Positions 31,703 to 42,529 of a DNA stretch of 64,000 nucleotides are shown piece by piece. The DNA comes from an uncultured Chloroflexia bacterium (GTDB lineage Bacteria; Chloroflexota; Dehalococcoidia; GIF9; UBA5629), in the NCBI GenBank assembly GCA_963784375.1, contig CAWAQY010000004.1, forward strand, positions 56,825-120,824, written 5' to 3'. The notes under the pieces are model-generated. The model was given only the letters and a program-made list of their open reading frames with translations. It was not told where the DNA came from and did not search any database. A program made the position numbers and the translations under genes. Within the stretch, counting starts at the first letter, position 1; every line of letters starts with the position of its first letter.

Positions 31703-32704
31703 TTATCTGGTTAATTCTTCCTTTGTTTTTTCAATTTGATTTATAAACACCGGATCGGTCGCCAATTTCATAGCACTTAACAGATCAGCTTTTGCCAGGG
31801 TATTTTTGCCCTGTGCCTGATAAAGCAAAGCTCTGCGGTAGTACGTTAACCCCGAATCGGGATCAAGCTTAATGGCAACATTTAAGTCATTGGCCGCCGC
31901 TTCGTTGTTTTTCAAATTATAATATATCCAACCTCGGTTGGCATATGCTTCAGCGAGGGAAGCATCAAGAGCGATGGCCCGGTTAAGGTCATTAAGGGCT
32001 TTGTCGAGTTGATCGTCAGCCAGGTAGGCAGCTCCTCTCATGCTGTACGCAATGGCTGAATCGGGAGCTCTGCTAATCGCTTTGTTCAGGTCTGCTATTT
32101 CCATGGTTGTCCACCCTTTGGATGCATATATTCTGGCTCTTTCGATATATGCTTCGGACATCTGCGGTTCAACATCAATAGTCTTACTCACAAACGCAAG
32201 CTGCCTGGATGAGCCGCCCCTGCTGCCTGTAAGCTACACCGAGGCGATAATATGCCAGCCCCATGTCGGGTTCTATGTCTTTTGCCAGCATCTGGTCAAT
32301 ATTAAGAGCGTTGTCCATGTCCGCCATTGCCATCTGCATTGAATTCAGCAAACTATAGGTAAGAGCACGGGCAAAATATGCCTCAGCGAAACGTGGAGAA
32401 AGCTCAATTGCCCTGCTCAGGTCTGCAGCGGCAAGTAGAATAAAGATGGTTGGCAGCGATAAGCAATGCCTCTCTTGTAGTAGGCATCAACGAACTGGGT
32501 ATTCTTTTCGATAGCTTTAGAGTATTGGGAAATGGCTTCCTGCCATTGCTGCCCGGCTGAATAGGCATCTCCTCGTTCAACAAACGTTTCCGCTTTTTCA
32601 GAGCAGGAAGCAAAAGCTAAAGTAGACGCGAAAAGTATAAGGAGGACTGAATTAACAAGCTTAGCGTTCAACGGTTTAAAAATCTCGTTGGGGAGAGAGC
32701 GCAC
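31703..32704 (-). CDS. TPR-repeat protein; frameshifted
   Basis: Multiple TPR units are present (AYANRGWIYYNLKNNEAAANDLNVAIKLDP...). The N-terminal piece with a signal sequence lies in another frame. Confidence 0.6.
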
Positions 32705-32754
32705 CTGATCTTACCCCTTACCATTTTTGAGTTATTATACTCAATTTCTAATGG

Positions 32755-33559
32755 TTAAGGGGGATTTGGACAAAGCGCGCCGGTACTATCCAGTCTGTTT
32801 CTGCCGATTTCAAGTAACTGCTTTTCGGCGGTTGAAGACAATCCAAGATCGGGTATAAGTCTTTCCATGTCTTCAAATTTGCCGAACCCACCCAGATAAC
32901 CGTTTACTCGCGTCGCTGCCGTAGAATTTGTCAGATCGTTATCATCCGGGTATTTCATCTGGAATTCTCTGAGAAGCCAGGGATACATTTTCAGATAGTA
33001 TTTCTGGTGATAATCCTCAGCTAGATAGAATGTTAGTATATGGTTTGAGCTCGGTATATACCTTCTGTCCCAGCCTGGTTTCTTCCTGTTGCATCGATTC
33101 CAGAGCTAACCTTTTTTGTTCTTCGTTAGCATAAAAGATTATTGACTTGTACTGAGTCGAATCGGACTCATAAACCGGGAAGTGGCTTTGCCAGAACACG
33201 GTGAGCAATCCCTGGTAGGAGATAACAGCGGGGTCGTAATCAACCTGGACAGTTTCGCTATAGTCACCGATTTTATAGTATGTAGGATTGTTGGAACTAC
33301 CGCCTGCATAGCCGACCCTGGTACGTATTACACCGTTAAGACTCCCGAACTGGGAGTCCGATCCCCAGAATCAGCCTAATGAAAAAGTCGCAGTTTCAAT
33401 TTTAGCTGGAGTTAAAGTATCAACCAATGGAATTTCAGACGTAGCCAATGTCATGCCGGTCTCCTGTTCAGCTTTGTTCGCACAAGCCCCTAATGCAGAA
33501 GGCACTAACAAACTGGCAAAAACCAAAATCAGTATCACTATATTTTTCATCATATTCAA
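32755..33559 (-). CDS. secreted/lipoprotein hypothetical; frameshifted into 3 pieces
   Basis: A signal peptide with lipobox-like LGAC is present (MMKNIVILILVFASLLVPSALGACANK). Confidence 0.4.
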
Positions 33560-33749
33560 TCTCTCTTTTCAACATAAACCTTCTAACGTGATTATATTTT
33601 ATCGTTAAAAAGGCTTCGGGTATGTGACTTCTGTCTCAGAAATATAAATAATACATCAGTGATGGAATGAAAGCGCTGGGGCAAGTAAATTCTGGGGAAA
33701 GATGCTTGGATTTTAACTATATCTAGGTATGACCCATCGTCGAAGTGTA

Positions 33750-34076
33750 CTAAAGGTTGCTCCACCTGGTTTTTAGCAGTTCCTGTTCGACAAGATAGAG
33801 CCTGCCGTCCTCGGTCGTTTCCACTACTTTGATATGCATCAACAACTGCAGAGCCTTGGGCTTATAATCTCTTAGTTTCATCATCCTGTCAATAAAACTC
33901 GGCGGTTTCAAGCCAAGTTCGTCCACAAACTTAGCATTACCGGGACTTAGTGCCCCATGCTTGCGGAAAATCTTGATTACTTTAGGGCAAGCCATAGCTA
34001 CCATGAGCTGGGGTAGAAAGATCATAGCTGCCAGCAAGACTATGACCATTCCAATTATAATTGCCCAATCATACAT
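33750..34076 (-). CDS. hypothetical membrane-anchored protein
   Basis: It is a 108-aa protein with a single N-terminal TM segment. Confidence 0.4.
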   Translation of the reverse strand: MYDWAIIIGMVIVLLAAMIFLPQLMVAMACPKVIKIFRKHGALSPGNAKFVDELGLKPPSFIDRMMKLRDYKPKALQLLMHIKVVETTEDGRLYLVEQELLKTRWSNL

Positions 34077-34154
34077 GAGACTTATCTCCTCTCGAATTTG
34101 CCCTTCATTTTACCCGATTTACAGAAAGCATGGAAATACAATTAACTGGACATG

Positions 34155-34742
34155 CTATGTCAATTTGAGAATCTGCTGCTTATGTTCTTCCAATGCTTTT
34201 GTGTACTGCGCATCGAGCTCATTGCTGGCTCTACGCCATTCATCCTGGAATTGCTGCTGAATCTGAACTTCCAGATTAGCGGCACCGCCCGGGCGTTGCT
34301 GCAATGCCTTGGCGGTTTCCTGGATTTTCTCCTCGAAATTTTTCTTAAACGTTGCAAATGTTTGCTGGCGTGCCTGATCGTAATACGACAGCAGGTTGTT
34401 AATAAGCTCAAAGATCGTATCAAGCTGTTTCTTATTTTCTTTGAGTAATCTTATTCCCGCCATCGCCCTGCTGGTGACTTTCTTGTCAGTTTCATTATGA
34501 GGAAGGCTTATGTTCCTCATGAATATTTCGTGAGCCCCCTGGACAATGTATTTCCTGCCTTCATTGCCTTTATATTTGTTTAATTCCGCATCCAGATCAT
34601 ACTTATCATCCTGTGTATATTTAGCAGCCATAGAACTTCCCAGCGGAATAAACTCAAGCTGCTTTAGTTCATCCTGAGTCGGTTTCCCAAGCAGCTCGGC
34701 TTTTTCCATTGCTTTTTCCCAGGCGCTTTTCATTTCTCCCAT
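34155..34742 (-). CDS. hypothetical protein (charged, helical)
   Basis: It is 195 aa long with no recognised domain, and lies upstream of 33750-34076 on the same strand. Confidence 0.4.
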   Translation of the reverse strand: MGEMKSAWEKAMEKAELLGKPTQDELKQLEFIPLGSSMAAKYTQDDKYDLDAELNKYKGNEGRKYIVQGAHEIFMRNISLPHNETDKKVTSRAMAGIRLLKENKKQLDTIFELINNLLSYYDQARQQTFATFKKNFEEKIQETAKALQQRPGGAANLEVQIQQQFQDEWRRASNELDAQYTKALEEHKQQILKLT

Positions 34743-34763
34743 TGCAGTCCTCCAGTTTTAATT

Positions 34764-35222
34764 TTAAGAGATATCAGATATGCCCCACCTTTTTCGATAT
34801 GCCTGTTTCAGTCCATTAAAAAGTGATTGAAACGATGGAGAAGTTATAGTATCGGTGGTCATGATATAAGCATCTTCACCGTTATCTGTATAGTAATGGC
34901 GGCGAATGCCCGCAGTATTAAACCCATATTTCTGATAAAGTGACCTTGCCAGATCATTCGAAACACGTACTTCGAGTGTAACTACCTGGGCTTTAAGCTG
35001 AAAAGCAAGATCAATGAGCGAAATAAACAACCCTTCTCCCACTCCCTGTCTCTGGTAGGTGCTTCTTACTGCAACAGTGGTAATATGTTCCTCCCCGGCC
35101 ATTAACCAGCAGCCAGCCATTCCGATGACACATTCGGTCAACGATCCCTGCACTACCGGTGTGGTATTATCCCGTATTGAAACCTCTTTTGAACCTATCC
35201 CAGATATTCTCCTTCTTATCAA
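34764..35222 (-). CDS. rimI: GNAT N-acetyltransferase (RimI-like)
   Basis: The acetyl-CoA-binding motif is present (...VRSTYQRQGVGEGL...LEVRVSNDLARSLYQKYGF). The N-terminus may be frameshifted. Confidence 0.65.
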   Translation of the reverse strand: MIRRRISGIGSKEVSIRDNTTPVVQGSLTECVIGMAGCWLMAGEEHITTVAVRSTYQRQGVGEGLFISLIDLAFQLKAQVVTLEVRVSNDLARSLYQKYGFNTAGIRRHYYTDNGEDAYIMTTDTITSPSFQSLFNGLKQAYRKRWGISDIS

Positions 35223-35616
35223 GTTTCTAATCCCGATTTCATGGTAAACTCATTACATTTATGTGCAACAATGTAATGGGCGAGGCTATTACTGTAACTC
35301 TTGTTTAAGCGAGGAATATGTGGGATGCGGCCATTGCGAGGGAAATGCCTCACGGTCAAGTTCCAGGGCCTGCGTGATATCCCTTTCCTCCATAAAACGG
35401 ATTAAATAATCAAGATTTTGTTTTATCGTAGCCATTTGACAATACCAGGAAAATTGTAGCACATTTCAAAAGGACATGGTGAGTTTTATCGCTGATTATT
35501 TTTCCTCTCCAAATTTTCTAGTTTACTGTATTTGTTGCGTTTGCTGACTGACTATAACTCTATTATTTTATCATGGGCTTGGGTATACTATTACTACAGT
35601 TTACCTAACTTTGTGG

Positions 35617-35961
35617 AGGTTGCCCATGAAAGAGCATGTCGTTGCCGAGATTTCGGTGGTTCCTCTGGGTACTGCAGGGAACCAGTCTCAGCCATTTTGT
35701 TGCAGGATGCACTGAGATACTCGATGGTATTAAAGATGTCTCATACCAGTTGACGCCAATGGGTACTATCATAGAAGGTTCCCTGGATAACAGTACTCGA
35801 AGTGGCCGGGCTATTACACGAAGCACCATTTAACAAAGGAGCTTTCCGCGTGCTCACCACTCTAAAAATTGATGATCGTAGAGATAAGAAAATAACCATG
35901 GATAGTAAAATCGAATCCGTGTTAAAGTGGCGGCCGAATACCCGGACAGGTAAGAAGAATT
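35617..35961 (+). CDS. MTH1187/YkoF-family (UPF0045) protein; frameshifted
   Basis: The sequence VAEISVVPLGT...SLS..VA...L...YQLTPMGTIIEG matches the MTH1187 family. Confidence 0.55.
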
Positions 35962-35964
35962 AAA

Positions 35965-36893
35965 ATGCCGCGACATCAGCGTTCAATTAGCCCCGTTGAA
36001 TAAAAAGGGGTTGTTGTTAGCCAACCCGATAATGACAGCCGCGGGCACTTCTGGCTATGGCACCGAATGGGATGAGCTGTTAGATGTTCAACAGCTTGGA
36101 GCTGTCGTCTGCAAAGGCACAACCCTCAAGCCGAGAGACGGCAATCCTCAACCGCGTTTGATAGAGACATCTTCAGGTCTGCTTAATTCGATCGGCTTGC
36201 AGAATATCGGGGTTGAAGCTGTAATAAAAGAAAAGGCTCCTGTCTGGAAGCAGTGGCGGGTTCCGGTTATTGTCAATATCGCCGGGGAAAGCATCGATGA
36301 ATACTGCAAGAGTGGCTGCAAGACTCAATGGTGTCCCCGGTATCAGCGGCATCGAAGTTAATATAAGCTGTCCCAATGTCAGTTGCGGCGGAATGGAATT
36401 CGGGATTGACCCTGAGGCCTCTGCCAGGGTTACCAGCGCCGTCAAATCTGCAACGGATTTGCCGGTTATGGTAAAACTCAGCCCTAATGTAACCGATATT
36501 ACTGAGATAGCTCTGGCAGTAGTCGAAGCAGGAGCAGATGCTATAACTCTGATTAATACGTTGCGCGGGATGATGATTAATACCGACAGGGGGAAACCTT
36601 CCCTGGGCAACATAATCGGCGGGCTTTCAGGACCTGCAATCAAACCTGTTGCCCTCTACATGGTGTACAGGGTTGCCCGTGCAGTCAAGGTGCCGGTGAT
36701 CGGATGCGGCGGAATTGCCTGCGCTGAAGATGCACTGCAATTCATTATGGCCGGTGCCAGTGCAATACAAATTGGAACGGCGGGCATGGCGGATCCGGCG
36801 CTATTCTTGAAAGTGCTCAAGGGAATTGTGCAGTATCTTGAAACCAGGAAAATAAAAAAGCTTAAAGATATCGTGGGAATCGCCAGCGAATAA
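35965..36893 (+). CDS. pyrD: dihydroorotate dehydrogenase catalytic subunit (class 1B-type PyrD); frameshifted, start uncertain
   Basis: Supporting motifs are LANPIMTAAGTSGYG, IEVNISCPNV, GLSGPAIKPVAL and IGCGGI. Confidence 0.8.
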
Positions 36894-36906
36894 TATCCTG
36901 CTCTCC

Positions 36907-37317
36907 TGTTACGTGGCAAAGACAACTTTCTTTTTTATAAAGTCGGCGATTTTATTTGTCGGGGTGCCAGGGCCGAAGACAGCTTTTACTCCTATTTTCT
37001 TCAGAGTATCGACATCCTCATCAGGTATGATGCCGCCGGCAATGACCATGGCATTGGTCGAGTCCTTTTTTCCGGAGGCCTTCTACAATTTGGGGAAATA
37101 GTTCCAGGTGAGCACCGGAAAGGATACTGAGTCCAACGACATCCACATCTTCCTGGATAGCAGTCTCAATTATCATTTCAGGCGTCTGACGAATGCCTGT
37201 ATAAATAACTTCCATGCCAGCATCCCTGAGTGCCCTGGCAACTACTTTGGCTCCACGGTCATGTCCGTCGAGTCCCGGCTTGGCTACCAGAACCCTGATT
37301 CTTCTCTCTTCTACCAT
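36907..37317 (-). CDS. cobalamin-binding domain protein (methylmalonyl-CoA mutase small/B12-binding subunit); frameshifted at C-terminus
   Basis: The sequence [35 protein letters not shown]...[13 protein letters not shown] carries the DxHxxG B12-binding motif. Confidence 0.8.
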
Positions 37318-37377
37318 CGGATTTCTCCTTCCATGCTTAACACGTTTATTATTTTCCTGACGTAAATTCGGGACTGA

Positions 37378-37791
37378 TTAATGACATCCTTCTGTTATCT
37401 CTGCCAGCTCAATGAGCACACCCCGGGTTGATTTAGGGTGCACGAACCCGATTTTCCCAACCAGGCCTTTGCGGCTTTTTTTATCGATAAGTTGATAGCC
37501 CTTTTCAGCTATTGTCTTTAAAGTAGAGTCGATATCATCAACTTCGAAGCAGATGTGATGTATCCCTTCTCCCTTATTCTCAACGAATTTGGCAACCCCG
37601 CCGTCTGGATCAATCGGTTCCAGCAATTCGATTTCGCTTCCATCACCGATGGGTATCAGGGCGGCTTTTACACCCTGCTCAGGAATGGTTTCAATTTTGC
37701 TGGGTTTAACACCAAAGAGGTTTTCGTAAAGCTTAACCGCTTCATCAATATTTTTAACGGCAATCGCTATATGGTGAACTTTTTTGATCAT
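37378..37791 (-). CDS. mce: methylmalonyl-CoA epimerase (VOC/glyoxalase family)
   Basis: The sequence HHIAIAVKNIDEAVKLYENLFG...GIHHICFEVDDID matches the epimerase family. Confidence 0.8.
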   Translation of the reverse strand: MIKKVHHIAIAVKNIDEAVKLYENLFGVKPSKIETIPEQGVKAALIPIGDGSEIELLEPIDPDGGVAKFVENKGEGIHHICFEVDDIDSTLKTIAEKGYQLIDKKSRKGLVGKIGFVHPKSTRGVLIELAEITEGCH

Positions 37792-37854
37792 ATATTTTCC
37801 TCTTGTGCGTTGTGAGCTATCGTGGAACTTGTCTGGAATTATTCTTCACTTTTA

Positions 37855-39510
37855 TTAAAATACCAGATATTCCTTCTGTGTTCCGAATACCTGACGAAGA
37901 ACATCGCACATTTCACCAATGCTGGCGTAAGCCTCTGCGCATTCCAAAAATGCCGGCATGGTATTTTCCTGGCTTTGTGCTGCGTGTTCCAGATTTTTCA
38001 AGCTCTTTTGAACCCGGCTATTGTCCCTTGTCTTTTTCACTTTGGCGAGCTGCTCTACCTGTTTTTCCTCCTTTTCCGGATTAAACTTGAGGAGAGGTAT
38101 CCTGGGGTAGGGTGACACGAATTTATTCACGCCAACTACTATGGATTTGCCCTCTTCGATATTCTTTTGCTGGCGATATGAGCTTTCCTGTATTTCTCTC
38201 TGCTGGAACCCTTCTTCAATAGCTGACACCGCACCGTTCAGACGGTCGATTTTAGCAATATATTTCTCTGCTTCCTTTTCCAGGGAATCGGTAAGCGATT
38301 CTACGAGGTAAGATCCGCCAAGGGGGTCGATCACATCACCTACTCCATTCTCAAAGGCCAGCAATTGCTGGGTGCGGAGGGCAATCGTTACCGCGTCTTC
38401 GGTAGGTACTGCATAGGCTTCATCAAAAGAGTTGGTATGAAGCGACTGAGTTCCACCAAGAATCGCTGCCAGGGCCTGAATTGCCACACGCACCACATTA
38501 TTATAAGGCTGCTGCGCAGTGAGTGTGCAGCCGGCAGTTTGAGTATGGAAGCGGAGCATCAGCGAACGCTGGTTCTGCGCCTTAAATCTCTGGCTCATTA
38601 TCTTGGCCCAGAGTCGGCGGGCAGCTCTGAACTTGGCAACTTCTTCAAATAGATTATTATGACTGTCAAAGAAGAATGAAAGCCTGCCGGCAAATTGGTC
38701 TACGCTAAGGCCGGCATCGAGGGCTGCCTGGACATAAGCAATGCCGTTTGCCAGGGTAAAAGCTATTTCCTGGGCTGCAGTGGCACCGGCTTCGCGGATA
38801 TGGTAGCCGCTGATGCTGATAGTATTCCAGTTCGGCACGTTCTTGCTGCAATAAGCAAATATATCCGTAGTCAGGCGCATGGAATGGCGCGGCGGGAAAA
38901 TATAGGTACCTCTGGCTATGTATTCCTTAAGGACATCGTTCTGGGTTGTGCCGTTTAGTTTATCTGGGCTCACGCCCTGCTTTTTAGCCAGGGCAATATA
39001 CATACCAAGCAAAACCGGTGCAGTAGCATTTATGGTCATCGAGGTACTGACTTTATCCAGTGGGATTTCTTTGAACAGAACCTCCATATCTGCCAGTGTA
39101 TCAATGGCAACTCCCACCTTGCCGACTTCACCTCGGGAGATGGGATGGTCCGAGTCATAACCTATCTGTGTAGGCAGATCAAATGCGACGCTGAGGCCGG
39201 TTTGTCCCTGATCCAGGAGATAACGATAGCGGCGGTTGGATTCTTCAGCAGTGGCAAAGCCGGCATACTGGCGCATGGTCCAGAATCTGCCTCGATACAT
39301 GGTTGGCTGGATTCCTCTGGTAAAGGGATGTTCACCGGGATAACCCAGGGAAGCCTGCATAATCAAAGCTTCCCATGTCTTCGGGGGAATACACGGGTTC
39401 CAGAGTTATACCGTCTCCGGTTTCAAAACTCTTTTGCCGCTCAGGTTTTTTAGAGAGTGCAGAAGCGAAAGTGGAACCTTTCCACTCTTGCTTGTTTTTG
39501 CTGGGCATGG
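37855..39510 (-). CDS. methylmalonyl-CoA mutase large (catalytic) subunit; N-terminal frameshift ~39366
   Basis: The 503-aa piece aligns with the MCM catalytic domain ([25 protein letters not shown]...). A further roughly 48 aa of N-terminus lie in another frame. Confidence 0.85.
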
Positions 39511-39658
39511 TGTGCCTCCTGATAAATCCGGGTGATAATATAGAGCGGATATTCTAGCACAATAGCAGAAGCTAAACCAACCGAGGTATCCAGGCTAAAT
39601 CTTGCGTCACGCCAAAATTGACGTCAGTGGATAGTATTTGCTAGAATCGGCTTCTTCA

Positions 39659-39798
39659 GGGGATATAGCTCAATTGGGAGAGCGTCCCGATTTGATCGGG
39701 AAGGTCATGATCTCCCACTTGTTGAAGAGGGGATATAGCTCAATTGGGAGAGCGTCCCGATTTGATCGGGAAGGTCATGATCTCCCACTTGTTGAAGA
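39659..39798 (+). repeat. two perfect tandem 70-bp tRNA-like units (acceptor 5'-half + D-arm + anticodon-like hairpin + 3'-acceptor-like, no T-arm)
   Basis: The units are 39659-39728 and 39729-39798. The 5' 26 nt are identical to the 5' end of the adjacent tRNA-Ala. The hairpin tcccg-atttgat-cggga replaces the anticodon arm, and atgatctccca resembles the tRNA 3' end tatctccacca. Confidence 0.7.
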
Positions 39799-39874
39799 GG
39801 GGATATAGCTCAATTGGGAGAGCGCTGCGTTCGCATCGCAGAGGTCGGGGGTTCGAATCCCCCTATCTCCACCA
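39799..39874 (+). tRNA. tRNA-Ala (anticodon CGC)
   Basis: It folds as a cloverleaf with the G3:U70 Ala identity pair. The anticodon loop is uuCGCau, the T-arm is ggggg-ttcgaat-ccccc, and it ends in CCA. Confidence 0.85.
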
Positions 39875-39892
39875 ATGTGTTTTAATATATTT

Positions 39893-40139
39893 CGTAATGT
39901 TTTACGCATATATTCTTCAAAGTGAATTGACCAGACAATACTATATTGGCTCAACTCAGGATGTAACTACGCGAATAAAAGAACACAACGCTGGTAGGAC
40001 CCCTTCAACAAAAGCACACCGCCCGTGGAAAGTGGTTTATACCGAACCTTTTAACTCGCTGAGTGAAGCAAGACAAAGAGAACGTCAGATTAAATCCTGG
40101 AAGAATCCCAAATATATGATCAAAACCCTCGGAATATAG
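39893..40139 (+). CDS. small GIY-YIG nuclease-superfamily protein (UPF0213/YhbQ-like)
   Basis: The GIY-YIG core is MFYAYILQS...YYIGSTQDVTTRIKEHNAG...KSWK. Its last codons and stop lie inside tRNA-derived sequence. The track ORF 39744-40139 is an artefact that runs through the tRNA. Confidence 0.7.
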
Positions 40140-40248
40140 CTCAATTGAGAGAGCATCGCGTTCGCATCGCAGAGGTCGGAGGTGCCGATTTTATACGGCA
40201 TCCCGCATGAACTATGAATCGGGTGTTCGAATCCCCCTATCTCCACCA
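40131..40248 (+). pseudogene. degenerate tRNA-Ala(CGC) copy carrying a 41-nt hairpin insertion between variable region and T-arm
   Basis: It is homologous to 39799-39874 on both sides of the insertion. There are mismatches in the acceptor, anticodon and T stems. The insertion forms a 7-bp stem (ggtgccg/cggcatc). Confidence 0.6.
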
Positions 40249-40298
40249 TAAATTAAAAAATTCGGCAATGTTTTTACCACGAGCTATAATTATGGTCA

Positions 40299-41501
40299 TC
40301 AATCACGGACACTTCGCTCCTCGGAAACACTTATGGCTCGCCATCCTGTCTCCTTTATAAAAACAACAGCGACAATGCCCAATAATGCTAACGATGCCCA
40401 AAAGACAAAGGGTAACCCATAGCTGATGTTGGCTAAGCTGTTGCCGAGCGGGGGTGCTCCAAACCCACCTATTTGACAGATGGCAATCACCAATCCTATA
40501 GCTGTTGCGGAATATTTCACCCCTATTTCCTTGTTCTCCAGGCACAAGGTAGTGATTAATGGGGGACCTATACCAAAAACACTCAATATAATAACAATGA
40601 CCCATACCAGTTCATTATGTGTGATGGACAGCAGACCAACGCCGATACCACCCACAGCAAATGCCCCAAAAAGACAAAATTTTCTCGAGCCAATCCTATC
40701 GGATAAAAATGTAAGCGGGATAACCACTAAAGCACTCATACCGCTGTAAATAGCCAGCGTCCCGTCAGCCGCCGCGGCATCCCACCCATTCCCACGTAGA
40801 TAAAGAGGTAGGAACCCGGCCATCCCCTGGACGCAGCCATAATAAGCTAATAGACAAAGTCCAAGCAGCCAGACAGCTTTGATGCGTAAAAGATGTGAAA
40901 ACGCCTGACGGAAAGGAAATGGTTTGACAACATCAGCAGACTTAACTTGAACTGGTTCCTTTACAGTGAGCAGCCAGAGCAAGCTAAATATAATGCTCAC
41001 ACCTCCGTACAGAAACAGCACATTTTCCCAGCCGCCGAGCCACGGTGAGAGGATAGTGGCACTAATGAGCGGACCAAGTGCGAATCCAAGTCCACCACCT
41101 GCTCCCATCAACCCCTGGGCAAGTCCCTGCTGTCGCCATGATACTGACAAGCCGGCAACCACAGTTATAGCAGGTATGCTTGCAGAACTCAGGACGCCCC
41201 ATAAAAAAGTAGTTACCATCAGACTTACAAAGTTGTCTGATAATCCCCTGAGAGCACCCGTTAGTCCTGCCAAAAAACAAAAGAGAACCAGGGTGCGTTT
41301 GACACCCAGCCGATCGCAGAGTAACCCGCCTATCGGCATAATGAATATGCTGCCAAATGAAATCATTCCCCAGACCATTCCTACCTGTACCAGGTCCAAT
41401 CCCAACTCCCCGGATATCTCCTTAAATAAAACAGGCATGCACCTCATCGGCATGTTTACGGCAAATCCAAAAGTGCACGCTGCAGGATAAGTACATACCA
41501 T
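40299..41501 (-). CDS. MFS transporter
   Basis: It is a 400-aa protein with 12 TM segments and MFS motif A-like GGLLCDRLGVKR. Confidence 0.75.
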   Translation of the reverse strand: MVCTYPAACTFGFAVNMPMRCMPVLFKEISGELGLDLVQVGMVWGMISFGSIFIMPIGGLLCDRLGVKRTLVLFCFLAGLTGALRGLSDNFVSLMVTTFLWGVLSSASIPAITVVAGLSVSWRQQGLAQGLMGAGGGLGFALGPLISATILSPWLGGWENVLFLYGGVSIIFSLLWLLTVKEPVQVKSADVVKPFPFRQAFSHLLRIKAVWLLGLCLLAYYGCVQGMAGFLPLYLRGNGWDAAAADGTLAIYSGMSALVVIPLTFLSDRIGSRKFCLFGAFAVGGIGVGLLSITHNELVWVIVIILSVFGIGPPLITTLCLENKEIGVKYSATAIGLVIAICQIGGFGAPPLGNSLANISYGLPFVFWASLALLGIVAVVFIKETGWRAISVSEERSVRD

Positions 41502-41854
41502 CTAATCTGTGGGGGATTACCAGTTTCAGCTAAAGACAATTGTCCTCTTAACAACCTTGCAATGTTTTGCAAAGACTACGTCGTGATTCTTTGGAGAATG
41601 GAGTTAGTGTCTTATCGTGCAGAATTTTCGTGTTACATTGTATTCCTGTGTTATATAGTCAGTCAATCATGTAAAATCGCTAAAACTTTTAAATGATTTA
41701 CTATGTTGTCCCGGTACGATGCCACCTTTGTTTCCGACAACAAGACCCTTTTGACTTCGGAAGAGGTTCCAAAACTGTGTTCAGTAGTTTAAAAAACACA
41801 AAATGACGAAAAGTTTGGAATGCTCTATTCCAGGCAGTTATTGTGTGGCCTATG

Positions 41855-42352
41855 CTACGGGAAAAACACTGTGTTTCTCTTGGTGAGGGCTTGTAACGCC
41901 TTGCCCCGTATCTTTTCTAATAATGAACTTAGCTGCTGGCGCTCTTTTTCGGAGAGGCAAGACATTAGTTCTCGGATTGACTCTCTTCTCATTGAGTGTT
42001 TATAGGCTTGCTCTCCTTTTTTTGTTAATGCAATGTGTACCTCATTCTTTTTTTTGCCTAAGCCATTAGTCTTACTCACGTAACCTTGTTTTTCCATCCT
42101 GGTCAAAATTTTGGAAACCGAATGCGGTTCTCTTAATATCCACTTCGATATTTCACCAGGTGTAGATTTTCTTTTTAGTTTACTAAGAACCTTAACAATA
42201 AATAGGACCGCAGCCTGCTCAGTTGTAATACCATATTGACTGAGTTCTCTACTCCTCACTCTGAATACTGTGTCTCTCGCCTGGTGAAGTAACCACCAGG
42301 TTTTAAAATACTTATCTTTTGAAAAATAATCTCTCATCTTAACCCTAAACAT
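41855..42352 (-). CDS. MarR-family transcriptional regulator
   Basis: The wHTH is present (YGITTEQAAVLFIV...PGEISKWILREPHSVSKILTRMEKQGYV). It is divergent from the molybdoenzyme gene. Confidence 0.8.
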   Translation of the reverse strand: MFRVKMRDYFSKDKYFKTWWLLHQARDTVFRVRSRELSQYGITTEQAAVLFIVKVLSKLKRKSTPGEISKWILREPHSVSKILTRMEKQGYVSKTNGLGKKKNEVHIALTKKGEQAYKHSMRRESIRELMSCLSEKERQQLSSLLEKIRGKALQALTKRNTVFFP

Positions 42353-42488
42353 TCAATATCGTTGATACCTATAAGTTATTCTCCCCTGCACATAAATCTT
42401 ATATGCAAAGTTTGAGTAACTGCTATTTCTTTACTCAGTAATATTTTAGCACGTGTTGAAAATAAAAAGCTAGGTATTTACAAAACTA

Positions 42489-42517
42489 TTGACAAGGAAT
42501 GTGAGATAAGGTAATAT
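42489..42517 (+). promoter_or_regulatory. sigma70-type promoter (TTGACA-17 bp-TAATAT) facing the molybdoenzyme gene
   Basis: The -35 element is consensus and the spacer is 17 bp. The -10 element matches the consensus in 5 of 6 positions. It lies about 140 nt upstream of ATG 42658. Confidence 0.5.
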
Positions 42518-42529
42518 TGTGCATATTAT

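Noticed and set aside
36913-37101. 62-aa plus-strand ORF after pyrD
   Set aside because: It lies antisense to the C-terminal part of the B12-binding MCM subunit. The minus-strand translation gives the conserved ...[20 protein letters not shown]... sequence.
39659-39798. Possible CRISPR array (tandem direct repeats)
   Set aside because: There are only two abutting 70-bp units with no unique spacers and no cas genes. The units are tRNA-derived, not CRISPR repeats.
39744-40139. Track ORF of 131 aa spanning the tRNA-like repeats, tRNA-Ala and the GIY-YIG gene
   Set aside because: Its N-terminal 50 codons read through tRNA and repeat DNA. The real CDS is the GIY-YIG protein, which starts at ATG 39893.
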